Source: Candidatus Multivorans sp. (GTDB taxonomy: Bacteria > Acidobacteriota > Thermoanaerobaculia > Multivoradales > Multivoraceae). From it: a DNA stretch of 64,000 nt. Where the stretch lies: the NCBI GenBank assembly GCA_965247095.1, contig OZ251997.1, positions 2,656,001-2,720,000 of the forward strand. The letters are read 5' to 3'. Below, piece after piece: positions 39,169-48,867 of the stretch (its first letter is position 1; each line of letters starts with the position of its first letter). The notes under the pieces are model-generated. The model was not told where the DNA came from. It searched no databases and worked only from the letters and a program-made list of their open reading frames with translations. Both the position numbers and the translations under genes were made by a program.

Positions 39169-40212
39169 GTGATTCGGGCAGCGATCGCCGGGGCGTCCGG
39201 CTACAGCGGGGCGGAACTGGTCCGGTGGTTGCACGACCACCCGGACGTGGAACTTGGTGCGCTTGCGGCGGGCCGCAGCGCGGGCCAGCCGGTCGAGGCC
39301 GTTTTCCCGCACCTGGGCGGCGTGGCGGAAGGCGACCTGGTCGAGGCCGACTGGGATCGCCTCGGCTCGGACGCCGATGTCGTGTTCCTTGCTCTGCCGC
39401 ACGGCGAGGCGCTGGCGGCTGCGTCCCGGCTGCTCGATGCGGGCGCCCGGGTGGTTGATCTCGGCGCCGACTTCCGGCTGCGGGATCCGGCCGCCTACCG
39501 GCGCTGGTACGGCGCGGAGCACACGGCGACGGACCTGCTGGCGGAAGCCGTCTACGGGCTCACCGAGTGGCGTCGTGACGCGGTGGCGGGCGCGCGGCTG
39601 GTCGCCAATCCGGGCTGCTACCCGACCGCGTCGTCGATGGCGCTCAAGCCGGTGCTCGAACACTTCGGCGACCGGGTGACCGGCGCGATCGTGATCGATG
39701 CGAAGTCCGGCGTCTCGGGAGCGGGGAGGAAACCGCGCGACGGCTACCAGTACTCGGAGCTGAACGAGAACTTCAAGCCCTATGGCTCGGGAGTTCATCG
39801 CCACCAGCCGGAGATCGAGCAGGAGCTGGCCGCTGGCGGCGGCGCCGGCGCCCAGGTTTTCTTCTCGCCGCATCTCGCCCCGATGACGCGGGGCATCCTC
39901 GCCGCCTGCTACGTGCCAATGTCGGAGGCGCCGAGCCGGGAGGAACTCGAGGCGGCGTTCCTCGATCGCTACGCCGACGAGCCCTTCGTGCGGGTGCTGA
40001 CGCAACAGGTTCTGCCGCAGACGAAGGCGACCCTGGGTTCCAACTACTGCGACATCGCGGTCCGGGTCGACCGGGAGCGGGGCCTGGCGGTCGTGTTCTC
40101 GGCCATCGACAATCTGGTCAAGGGGGCCGCCGGACAGGCGGTGCAGAACATGAATGTGATGTTCGGCTTGCCCGAAACAACCGGTCTTCTGGCCTCTCCG
40201 GTGTTCCCGTGA
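39169..40212 (+). CDS. argC: N-acetyl-gamma-glutamyl-phosphate reductase
   Basis: GASGYSG, ALPHG, ANPGCYPT, SGVSGAG, IDNLVKGAAGQA. Confidence 0.96.
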   Translation: MIRAAIAGASGYSGAELVRWLHDHPDVELGALAAGRSAGQPVEAVFPHLGGVAEGDLVEADWDRLGSDADVVFLALPHGEALAAASRLLDAGARVVDLGADFRLRDPAAYRRWYGAEHTATDLLAEAVYGLTEWRRDAVAGARLVANPGCYPTASSMALKPVLEHFGDRVTGAIVIDAKSGVSGAGRKPRDGYQYSELNENFKPYGSGVHRHQPEIEQELAAGGGAGAQVFFSPHLAPMTRGILAACYVPMSEAPSREELEAAFLDRYADEPFVRVLTQQVLPQTKATLGSNYCDIAVRVDRERGLAVVFSAIDNLVKGAAGQAVQNMNVMFGLPETTGLLASPVFP

Positions 40213-40307
40213 GGATCGCAGTTCTGCGCAGAACATGGCTGTGTCGCTTAGGAATCTTCGGCTTGCCCGAAACAACCGGTCTCTTGGCCGTTCCGGTGTT
40301 CCCGTGA
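40143..40307 (+). repeat. Imperfect direct duplication of the argC 3' end (40143-40212 and 40228-40307)
   Basis: TTCGGCTTGCCCGAAACAACCGGTCT is identical at 40162 and 40257; both copies end TCCGGTGTTCCCGTGA. Confidence 0.9.
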
Positions 40308-41506
40308 GCGCCGGCGTCGCCGCCCCGCGGGGCTTCGTTGCCGCCGGTGTCCACTGCGGCCTGAAGAAGGAGAAGCTGGATCTTGCGATCATCGCTTCGA
40401 CGGCGGCGGCGCCGGCAACGGTGGCGGGCGTGTTCACGCGCAACCAGGTCCAGGCCGCGCCGGTGCTCTACTGCCGCGAGGTGGCGGCCGGCGGCCGGGC
40501 CCGGGCGATCGTTGCGAACAGCGGCAACGCCAACGCCTGTACGGGTGAATCGGGTCTGGCCGATACCTGGGCCATGGCCGCGTGCGCCGGGGCGGCGCTA
40601 GAGATCGACTCAGAACACGTCCTCGTGGCTTCGACCGGTGTGATCGGCGTCCCCCTGCCGATGCCCACGGTGCTCGCCGGCATCGATCTCGCTGCTGCCG
40701 AACTGGGGCCGGACGGCGGCCAACTGGCGGCGGAAGCGATCCTGACCACGGACACGCGGCCCAAGATCGACGCCCTGAAGGTGGAACTCGCGGGCGGCGA
40801 AGTCACCATCGGCGGCATTGCCAAGGGCGCCGGCATGATGGCGCCGGACATGGCGACCACCCTGGCCTTCGTCACCACCGACGTGAAGGTGGCGCCGGCG
40901 GCGCTCGACCTCGCGCTGCGGAGAGCGGTTGAGCCGACCTTCAACAGCGTCACCGTCGACGGCGACACGAGCACGAACGACAGCATCCTGGTTCTTGCCA
41001 ACGGCGCCGCCGGTGTCGAAGCGGCCTCGGGGAAGGACCTGGAACGCTTCACCGACGCACTCGAACGTCTGTTGGGCCGCCTCGCGGTCGCCCTGATCGC
41101 CGACGGCGAGGGAGCGAACCGGGTGATCGAGGTTCGCGTAGGCGGCGCACGCACCGACGCCGCGGCGCGGCAGGTGGCGACGACGATCGCCAACTCCCCC
41201 CTGGTCAAGACGGCGTATCGCACAGGCCAGCCGAACTGGGGCCGGTTCATGGGGGCGATCGGCCGTTCGGGCGTCGACATCGTCGAACAGCGGATCGCGA
41301 TCGCGGTGTCCGTAGCGGACGATACGGTCGAGGTCGTGCGCGGCGGCCTCGGCGTCACGGACGACCTCGAACCCCTGGGCCGGGCGATGCTGGCGGACCA
41401 CTCCGTACTCCACGTCGATCTCGGGCTCGGCTCCGGCCGGTGGACGGTCTGGACCTGCGATCTGTCCGAGGGCTACATCCAGATCAACGCGAGCTACATC
41501 AGTTGA
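40304..41506 (+). CDS. argJ: Ornithine acetyltransferase ArgJ
   Basis: PRGF, NSGNANACTG, STGVIG, TTDT, KGAGMMAPDMAT (autocleavage), DGDTSTND, DGEGA. Confidence 0.96.
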   Translation: MSAGVAAPRGFVAAGVHCGLKKEKLDLAIIASTAAAPATVAGVFTRNQVQAAPVLYCREVAAGGRARAIVANSGNANACTGESGLADTWAMAACAGAALEIDSEHVLVASTGVIGVPLPMPTVLAGIDLAAAELGPDGGQLAAEAILTTDTRPKIDALKVELAGGEVTIGGIAKGAGMMAPDMATTLAFVTTDVKVAPAALDLALRRAVEPTFNSVTVDGDTSTNDSILVLANGAAGVEAASGKDLERFTDALERLLGRLAVALIADGEGANRVIEVRVGGARTDAAARQVATTIANSPLVKTAYRTGQPNWGRFMGAIGRSGVDIVEQRIAIAVSVADDTVEVVRGGLGVTDDLEPLGRAMLADHSVLHVDLGLGSGRWTVWTCDLSEGYIQINASYIS

Positions 41507-41522
41507 GGAACGGTTGCTAACG

Positions 41523-42383
41523 ATGAGAACGGAACGCGATCTGGGCCTGGAGATGGCGGTCGCGCTGCGCTACGCGTCGGCGTGGCGTGGCAAGCGGGTG
41601 GTGATCAAGTACGGCGGCCGCGCCATGGCCCGCGACGAGTTCGGCTCGCTGATCGAGGACATCGTGCTGCTCCGGAGCGCCGGCCTGCGGCCGGTGCTGG
41701 TCCACGGCGGCGGCGCCGAGATCTCGAAGACGCTCCAGATCATGGGGATCGAGCCGCGCTTCGTCGACGGCCTGCGCGTCACCGACCAGGACACGATGCG
41801 GGTGGTCGAGATGGTGCTCGGCGGTTCGGTGAACAAGCGCCTGGTGGGGATGATCCAGCGCGCCGGCGGCCGCGCCGTCGGGCTGACCGGCAAGGACGGC
41901 GACCTGCTGCGCGTGCGGCCCCATCCGCGGTCGGACGAGCTGGGCTTCGTCGGCGAGATCGAGAAGGTCGACACCTCGCTGCTCGATCAGCTCACGAACT
42001 CGGGCTACGTGCCGGTGATCGGGTCGCTCGGCGTCGGCCCGGGCGGCGAGACGTACAACATCAACGCCGACACAGCCGCCGCGGCGCTCGCCGCGGAAGT
42101 GGCGGCGGAGAAGCTCCTGCTCCTGACCAACGTGCGCGGCATCAGCGACAACGGCGAGTTCCGCTCACGGTTGACGCCCGCGCAGGCGCAGGAGCTGATC
42201 GACTCCGGCGTCGTGTCGGCCGGCATGGTGCCCAAGGTGCGGGCCTGCCTGAGCGCGCTCGAGGCCGGGGTCACAAGCGCCCACATCCTCGCCGCGAGCG
42301 AGCCGCACGGGCTCCTGGTGGAGCTGTTCACCGAGGGCGGAGTCGGCACGATGATCAAACAACCTGCGGAACCCGTGGAGTGA
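41523..42383 (+). CDS. argB: Acetylglutamate kinase
   Basis: VIKYGG, VHGGG, GLRVTD, YNINAD, GMVPK. Confidence 0.96.
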   Translation: MRTERDLGLEMAVALRYASAWRGKRVVIKYGGRAMARDEFGSLIEDIVLLRSAGLRPVLVHGGGAEISKTLQIMGIEPRFVDGLRVTDQDTMRVVEMVLGGSVNKRLVGMIQRAGGRAVGLTGKDGDLLRVRPHPRSDELGFVGEIEKVDTSLLDQLTNSGYVPVIGSLGVGPGGETYNINADTAAAALAAEVAAEKLLLLTNVRGISDNGEFRSRLTPAQAQELIDSGVVSAGMVPKVRACLSALEAGVTSAHILAASEPHGLLVELFTEGGVGTMIKQPAEPVE

Positions 42384-42390
42384 CTGAAGC

Positions 42391-43569
42391 ATGACCGAGG
42401 ACAGCCTGTTCGCGAACTACAAACGGATGCCGGTGGCGTTCAGCCACGGCGACGGCGTGTTCCTCTGGGATCAGGGGGGTCGCGAGTATCTCGACTTCCT
42501 GGGCGGCATCGCGGTCTCTTCGCTGGGTCACAACCACCCCGCGCTGACCGGCGCGATCAGACGCCAGGCGGGGCGTTACCTCCACGTATCGAACCTGTAC
42601 CGGATTCCGGAGCAGGAACGGGCGGGCCGGATGCTGGTCGAGGCCACGGGCGGCGTCCTGGACCGGGCCTTCTTCTGCAACAGCGGCGCGGAGGCGGTCG
42701 AGGCGGCGATCAAGCTGGTGCGGCGCTACGCCTACGACCGCGACGGTTCGGGCGATCGGCACCGCATCGTGACCGCCGAGGGCGGCTTTCACGGCCGCAC
42801 CCTCGGCGCGCTTGCAGCGACCGGCACGCCCGCCTACCAGGTCGGGTTCAAGCCCCTGCCCGGGGGCTTCGCCGGCGTGCCGTTCGGTGACCTGGAGGCG
42901 GCCGCGGCCGAGATCGACGACACGACCTGCGCGGTGCTCATCGAGGCCATTCAGGGCGAGGCCGGCGTGATCGAACCGCCGGCGGGCTACCTCGAGGGTC
43001 TGCAGTCTCTCTGCCGGGAGCGGGGCGCCCTGTTTGTTCTCGACGAGGTGCAGACCGGGATCGGGCGGCTCGGCAGCGCCTTCGGCTTCCAGCACTACGG
43101 GCTCGAACCGGATGTGATCACCCTGGCCAAGGGGTTGGGCGGCGGCGTCCCGGTGGGCGCGGTCCTGGCGCGGGAAGAGGTTGCGGCAGCGCTCGTGCCC
43201 GGCACCCACGGAACCACCTTCGGCGGCAACCCCCTGGCGTGCTCGGCGGTGACGGCGGTGCTCGAGACAGTGCTCGATCCGGGCTTCTTGGAGCGTGTGG
43301 CGCGGGCCGGCGAGTACCTGCGCGCGCTGCTCGGACAACTCGGCGCCGGCGGCCTGGTCACCGAGGTACGGGGCCAGGGGCTGATGACCGCGATCGAATG
43401 CACGCCGGCGGCGCCCGCCGTGGCGAACCGCTGCCTGGAGAACGGCCTGATCGTCAACGCGCCGCGGCCGCACAGCATCCGCATGCTGCCGCCCCTCGTC
43501 GTCCACGACCCGGAGATCGAGCGCGCGGTCGGCATTCTCGGCCACGCGCTGGAGGAGGCCGCGGCTTGA
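42391..43569 (+). CDS. argD: Acetylornithine aminotransferase
   Basis: CNSGAEAVE, FHGRT, DEVQTG, AKGLGGG (PLP lysine), TTFGGNP. Confidence 0.94.
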   Translation: MTEDSLFANYKRMPVAFSHGDGVFLWDQGGREYLDFLGGIAVSSLGHNHPALTGAIRRQAGRYLHVSNLYRIPEQERAGRMLVEATGGVLDRAFFCNSGAEAVEAAIKLVRRYAYDRDGSGDRHRIVTAEGGFHGRTLGALAATGTPAYQVGFKPLPGGFAGVPFGDLEAAAAEIDDTTCAVLIEAIQGEAGVIEPPAGYLEGLQSLCRERGALFVLDEVQTGIGRLGSAFGFQHYGLEPDVITLAKGLGGGVPVGAVLAREEVAAALVPGTHGTTFGGNPLACSAVTAVLETVLDPGFLERVARAGEYLRALLGQLGAGGLVTEVRGQGLMTAIECTPAAPAVANRCLENGLIVNAPRPHSIRMLPPLVVHDPEIERAVGILGHALEEAAA

Positions 43570-45086
43570 GCGCGCGAGACCCGGGAGGAAGGGCGGGGCC
43601 GACCGCTGCGCCCCGGTTGTGGGGCGGCGCCTTCGAATCGGAGGTCGATCCGGTCATTGACGCGTATACGCGGTCGCTGCCGTTCGACCACCGGCTCGCG
43701 GCAGCGGACCTGGTGGGGTGCCTGGCCCATGCCCGGATGCTCTCCGAGACCGGCGTGATCGACCGCGAGTCGTCCCGCGCGATCCTCGAAGGTCTCAGTT
43801 CCCTGCTGCGGCGGATCGAGGCGGGGGAGCTCGAGGTCGGCGGTGCGGACGAGGACGTTCACACCTGGATCGAACGGCAGCTCACCGAAGAGGTCGGCGA
43901 CGCGGGCCGGCGTCTGCACACCGCGCGCAGCCGGAACGACCAGACGGCCGTGGCGCTGCGGCTGTGGCAACGGTCCGAGGTCGAGCGCGCGGTCGCGGCG
44001 GCCGCGGGCTTCGCCGGCGCCCTGATCCACCACGCCCGGCAGCACAAAGGTACCGCGCTGCCGGGCTACACCCACCTGCAGCGCGCCCAGCCGACCAGTC
44101 TTGCGCAGCATCTGCTGGCCCACGCGTGGTCCGTTCTGGCCGACGCCGGGCGGCTGCGGCGGGCGCATCGAACGGCGGGACTCTGCCCCCTGGGCGCGGG
44201 CGCGATGGCAGGGTCGCCGCACCGGATCGACCCCCGACGGAGCGCCGAGCTGCTCGGCATGGAGGCGCCGTACCCGAACACCATGTGGGCGGTGGCGGAC
44301 CGCGACTACGCCGCCGAGGCGCTCTTCGCCTGCGCGCTCACCATGGTGCACCTCTCGCGCTGGGCCGAGGAGGTCGTGCTGTGGACGTCCCGCGAGTTCG
44401 GCTTCGCCCGGCTGCAGGACCGGGCCGCCAAGGGTTCGAGCATCATGCCGCAGAAGAAGAACCCGGAGCCGGCGGAGATCCTGCGCGGCAAGTCGGGCCG
44501 CGCGATCGGCGACCTCGTTTCGTTGCTGGTGACGGTCAAGGGCCTGCCGCTCACCTACAACAGCGACCTGCAGGAGGACAAGGAGGCGCTTTTCGACGCC
44601 TTCGACACGGTGTGCGCCTCGCTCGAGGTGGCCCGGGTGCTTGGCGAGAGCCTGGACTTCGATCGTGAAGCGATGGCGGCCGCGCTCGAAGGTTCCTACA
44701 TCACCGCCACCGATCTGGCCGACCATCTCGCCGTCGCCGGCGTGCCGTTCCGCAGCGCCCACGAGCGCACCGGCGCCGTGGTTCGGGCCGCCGAGGAGCG
44801 GGGCGTGGAGCTGTGGCAACTCCCGGCCTCGGAGCTTCGGGAACTCGTTCCCGAGATCGGGGACATCGACGGACTCTTGGCGGCGCTTCGCCCGGAAGCC
44901 TCGCTCGCCGCCCACAGGAGCTACGGCGGGCCGGCGCCGGAACGGGTCGCCGAGCAGATCGAACTCGCCGCGGCACGGTTGGAGGAGGAACGCCGGTGGC
45001 TGGAGGCACAGGAACCGCCGCCGGTCTACCGCGCTCACCTGGACGGCGAGCTGATGGCGGAGGCGATCCCGGGGGACGGCGCATGA
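43566..45086 (+). CDS. argH: Argininosuccinate lyase
   Basis: LWGG, HTARSRNDQ, PGYTHLQRAQP, GSSIMPQKKNP, YNSDLQEDKE. TTG start overlaps the argD stop. Confidence 0.95.
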   Translation: MSARDPGGRAGPTAAPRLWGGAFESEVDPVIDAYTRSLPFDHRLAAADLVGCLAHARMLSETGVIDRESSRAILEGLSSLLRRIEAGELEVGGADEDVHTWIERQLTEEVGDAGRRLHTARSRNDQTAVALRLWQRSEVERAVAAAAGFAGALIHHARQHKGTALPGYTHLQRAQPTSLAQHLLAHAWSVLADAGRLRRAHRTAGLCPLGAGAMAGSPHRIDPRRSAELLGMEAPYPNTMWAVADRDYAAEALFACALTMVHLSRWAEEVVLWTSREFGFARLQDRAAKGSSIMPQKKNPEPAEILRGKSGRAIGDLVSLLVTVKGLPLTYNSDLQEDKEALFDAFDTVCASLEVARVLGESLDFDREAMAAALEGSYITATDLADHLAVAGVPFRSAHERTGAVVRAAEERGVELWQLPASELRELVPEIGDIDGLLAALRPEASLAAHRSYGGPAPERVAEQIELAAARLEEERRWLEAQEPPPVYRAHLDGELMAEAIPGDGA

Positions 45087-45541
45087 GTCCGGCGATTCGG
45101 CGCGGCGCGATCCTCGACATCATCGGCGAGCGGCCGGTGTCGAGTCACAAGGAACTCGTGCGGGCGCTCGACCGGCGCGGTATCCGAGTGTCCCAGGCCA
45201 CCGTGTCGCGCGACGTGCGCCGTCTCGGCCTGGTCAAGGTGCCGCTCGCGGGCGGCGGCTCGCGCTACGCGCCGGCGGAGCAGGCCGCGAGCCCGCCCCG
45301 GCGCGACATCGAGCGGGCGCTGCGCCAGTTCGTGACCGGGTTCGACCAGGGCGAGGCGCTGATCGTGCTCAAGACCCGCAGCGGCCACGCCAACGCCCTC
45401 GCCGTCGCCCTCGACCAGACCGACTGGCCCGAAGTCGCCGGCACCCTCGCCGGCGACGACACTGTCCTCGTCGTCGTCAAGAGCGCCGCCGACCGGGAAC
45501 GCATTCGCGAGTCGCTCGCAGCGCTGCTGGAAGGCGACTGA
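45083..45541 (+). CDS. argR: Arginine repressor
   Basis: SQATVSRD, GTLAGDDT. Confidence 0.95.
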   Translation: MSPAIRRGAILDIIGERPVSSHKELVRALDRRGIRVSQATVSRDVRRLGLVKVPLAGGGSRYAPAEQAASPPRRDIERALRQFVTGFDQGEALIVLKTRSGHANALAVALDQTDWPEVAGTLAGDDTVLVVVKSAADRERIRESLAALLEGD

Positions 45542-45619
45542 GCTGGCGGGAGTAGTATCGAGGTAGCCGTACGGCGTCGGCCGAGCGGCAGGGATAAGAG
45601 TCAGGCGATGTAGTCCGAG

Positions 45620-47136
45620 ATGCCGCGACCAAACGCCTTCAAGGCAAACGCCAGCTTCTTCAGGATGATCGCCCTGGGTGCCGTGGGCGCTCAGGGCGTT
45701 CAGGACCACCTGAGCGCGTTTGGACACGAGATGGTGGAACTAGAGCGCGGTTCACTCTCGACGAAGATCTGGCAAGACGTGAAGAGAAAGCGGGTCCGGA
45801 TACCGGACCTGTGCTGCACGCTATGTGGTGTTCGAGTGGAGTCGCGAGCGAAGACAAGGCCCGACTTGCGAATGTCGCACTCTACGCAAGACGCGGAACG
45901 TGCTTGGGACTACGGCATGCTCGACGGCGACTGGGTTGCATTTCCCGTTCTTTCGTCGCAAGAAGACTACTGGAGCGCGGGGGCGCTTGATGCGGAGCGT
46001 TCGCTCTGGCGCGAGCGGATCCGCACTTCGTGGAAGAGCGACGGCTATCTCAACTTTTTTGAAGTGGCGTCATTTCGAGGTGTGCCGTTTGAGCAAATCG
46101 GGCGCAAGGGGGTCACCGAAGGTTCGGAGATCCAGATCAAATGGTCGGCGCGTTTTGCTCCTGAGGATGGTCGCGTCACACGGCTGGAAGAGAAGAAGAT
46201 TCACTACACGACCGTTGGCGCCCCCGAGCGTCAGAGGCACTATCGCCTCGGCTCGAGCCTGAGTCCGGTTCTTCACGAAGGACAGAGGTTCGAGAAACAC
46301 CAAGTCATAGCTGCCCAGGCGCCTTCGCTGGACGTGGCGGAGCTGCAGTGTCGTGGGGGGTGCGATCGGCGACGCATTGCGGAGATGATTCGGTCGCGCG
46401 AGCGTACGAGTCGCTTTACAGGGTGCAAGCTGGCAAGGCTCCTGAGGAGCGGGACACTGGTGGACGCGATTCGGGAACTGGCTCAGGACGCCGTGGAAGA
46501 CACCTATGTTCGGATGGAAGCGCGGTCGTTTCTCTGTGCTGTAGCGGGCGAGAATGCCGATGTTTGGTTTCGCGAGATTCTGCTCGACCACCCAGACGAT
46601 CAGATGCGGCTGGAAGCCGTTGTCGCGCTTGCAGAGGTGCAGACACCGAGTGCCTTCAGGCTGTTGAGTCTCGTCCTGGAGGATCGGACGCAGGCTCTGT
46701 ACCTGCGGAGCGCATGCGCTTGGGCCATCGGCTGCCACCCCACGCGGGACGCCGCCGAGTGCCTAGTCCGCGCATTCTCGGATATCAGTGTGGAGGTGCG
46801 CAGCGAGGCGCTGGCGGCGCTCGAGAATCTGGCCGACTCAGGGCTCCAGGCTCTCGTTGCCGGCCTTGGCCATAGCTCGACCGGCATAGCTGCGGGTCAG
46901 CCGAGGCAATTCGCAGAATCGGTCGCCTTCCCAGGAGTCAGGTTGAGCGGGTCGTCGAGATGGCGGAGAGCAGCCGGTCAACTTGGCCGACATGGGCCTT
47001 GGGCCATCTTCCGAGCGACGACGTGAAGCCCCTCATCGCGACGCTTCAGGAGAGACGCCCCGACGTTCACTTTGCGCTCTCGGTGTTGTGGACCTTCCTG
47101 GAGAGCTGGGTGTCAAGAGACTGGTCGGCGCGATGA
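45620..47136 (+). pseudogene. Putative restriction endonuclease-like protein with CxxC and HEAT/PBS-lyase repeats; 1-nt frameshift near 46897
   Basis: N-terminal PD..E-x-R-x-K-like motif (IPDLCCTLCGVRVESRAK). HEAT-like repeats (YVRMEA, QMRLEAVVALAE, YLRSACAWAIG, EVRSEALAALE). The -1 frame continues AEAIRRIG..WALG..VLWTFLESW to TGA 47134-47136, overlapping the MTase ATG. Confidence 0.65.
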
Positions 47137-48158
47137 GCGACCTGTTAGGGACTGGCCCTTGCTCCGAACTGAACCTGTGTCACACCCCTGTGTACCAGAC
47201 CCGCTATGGGGCTTGCTACCTCGGCGACTCGCTGAAGCTGATTCGCGAAATTCCGGCCGAATCGGTCGACTTAGTCGTGACCTCTCCGCCGTTTGCGCTG
47301 CTCAGGCAGAAGGCATACGGCAACAAGGGGCAGGCCGAGTACGTGGATTGGTTGTGTGAGTTCGGTGGGGAGGTCCTTCGTGTCCTTCGTGACACGGGGA
47401 GTTTCGTCCTAGATCTCGGTGGCGCCTACAAGCGGGGAGTGCCCGTTCGTTCTCTCTATCAGTATCGTGTTCTGCTGAAGCGATGTGACGAGACTGGCTT
47501 CCACCTCGCGGAAGAGTTCTTCTGGCACAACCCGGCGAAGCTACCTTCGCCAATCGAGTGGGTGAACAAGCGAAAGATACGAGCCAAGGACTCGGTGGAT
47601 ACCGTTTGGTGGCTTTCGAAGACGGAGTGGCCAAAGGCAGATGTTAGACGAGTGGTGGTTCCCTACTCGGAACGTATGAAGAAGCTCCTGCGAAACCCAG
47701 AGAGCTTCTACAGCCCCAAGAAGAGGCCATCCGGCCACGAGATCGGCAAGAGCTTCGAAGCAGAGAACAAGGGCGCAATACCTCCCAATCTCCTTCAGAT
47801 CGCAAACACGGACAGCAACTCTACGTACCTGCGTCTTGCGAAGCTCTTAGGGGTTAAGAGACATCCAGCCCGTTTTCCTCTGGGTCTTCCCAAGTTCTTT
47901 GTCGCCTTCCTTACCGATCCGGGTGATCTGGTTCTGGACATATTTGCTGGGTCAAACACGACCGGAAGAGCCGCAGAGGAACTCGGCCGCAGATGGGTCG
48001 CAGTGGAGATTGACAAGGACTACGCCGCCGGCTCGGCCCTTCGCTTCATGGATCGACTGCGTTCGTCCGAGGTGCGAGAGACGTTTGACCGAGTATGTCG
48101 GGGAGAGGCACCAGATTTGTCGGGACCGCCGTCGTTGTGGGAGCAGGTGGCTCCTTAG
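47133..48158 (+). CDS. Beta-class N4-cytosine DNA methyltransferase, M.PvuII-like
   Basis: TSPPF catalytic motif precedes HPARFP and the DIFAGS AdoMet motif. The LPSPIEWVNKRKIR and RPSGH.IGKSF segments match M.PvuII as I recall it. Confidence 0.92.
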   Translation: MSDLLGTGPCSELNLCHTPVYQTRYGACYLGDSLKLIREIPAESVDLVVTSPPFALLRQKAYGNKGQAEYVDWLCEFGGEVLRVLRDTGSFVLDLGGAYKRGVPVRSLYQYRVLLKRCDETGFHLAEEFFWHNPAKLPSPIEWVNKRKIRAKDSVDTVWWLSKTEWPKADVRRVVVPYSERMKKLLRNPESFYSPKKRPSGHEIGKSFEAENKGAIPPNLLQIANTDSNSTYLRLAKLLGVKRHPARFPLGLPKFFVAFLTDPGDLVLDIFAGSNTTGRAAEELGRRWVAVEIDKDYAAGSALRFMDRLRSSEVRETFDRVCRGEAPDLSGPPSLWEQVAP

Positions 48159-48192
48159 GCCCTAAGGGTGATTCGCGCCGAGGGCGGCAACT

Positions 48193-48822
48193 TCAGCCGC
48201 CCTGAACAGCCCGCCGCACCTGCCAGGACTGCCGCGTCTCCTGCGACGAGAAGCGCTGCTCCGCCCAGGGATCGCCGTAGGTGTGGTACCCGTTCTCCTC
48301 CCAGAAGCCCCGCTCGTCGGCGTTCAGGAACTCGATGCCGGAGACCCACTTGGCGCTCTTCCAGGCGTAGAGGTGGGGCACCACCAGGCGCAACGGACCG
48401 CCGTGGTCGGGCGCCAGCGGTTCGCCGCCGTGACGGTCGGCGAACAGGGCGTGCTCGGACAGCAGGTCTTTGAGCGGCAGGTTCGTGGTGTAGCCGCCGT
48501 AGCAGTGGAGCATCGCGTGGGTGGCGTCGGCGGTGGGCCGCACGGCCGCCAGGACGTCCCGGGTCGAGAACCCCGACCACGGGTTGTCCAGGGTCGAGAA
48601 GCGGGTCACGCAGTGGAAGTCGGCGACGACCTTGCGGCGCGGCAGCGCCTGGAGCGCCTGCCAGTCGAACGCGTGCTCGGATTCGACACGCCCGAACAGG
48701 CGCAGCGCGAACCGGGCCGGATCCACCTCCGGCGTGTCGCCGCAGGAGAGCACGGGCCACTTCTTGGTCACGTACTGGCCGGGGGGCACGCGGTCGTCGC
48801 CGCGATGGGGCGCGTCGTTCAT
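48193..48822 (-). CDS. Sulfite-oxidase-like molybdopterin oxidoreductase (YuiH-like)
   Basis: PPGQ, DFHCVT, HGGPLRLVVP, YAWKSAKW, GFWEENGYH. Confidence 0.9.
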   Translation of the reverse strand: MNDAPHRGDDRVPPGQYVTKKWPVLSCGDTPEVDPARFALRLFGRVESEHAFDWQALQALPRRKVVADFHCVTRFSTLDNPWSGFSTRDVLAAVRPTADATHAMLHCYGGYTTNLPLKDLLSEHALFADRHGGEPLAPDHGGPLRLVVPHLYAWKSAKWVSGIEFLNADERGFWEENGYHTYGDPWAEQRFSSQETRQSWQVRRAVQGG

Positions 48823-48867
48823 CGCGGCGGAGAATACATGGCGACGAGTGCTCGGTGCTGAGTCTGT

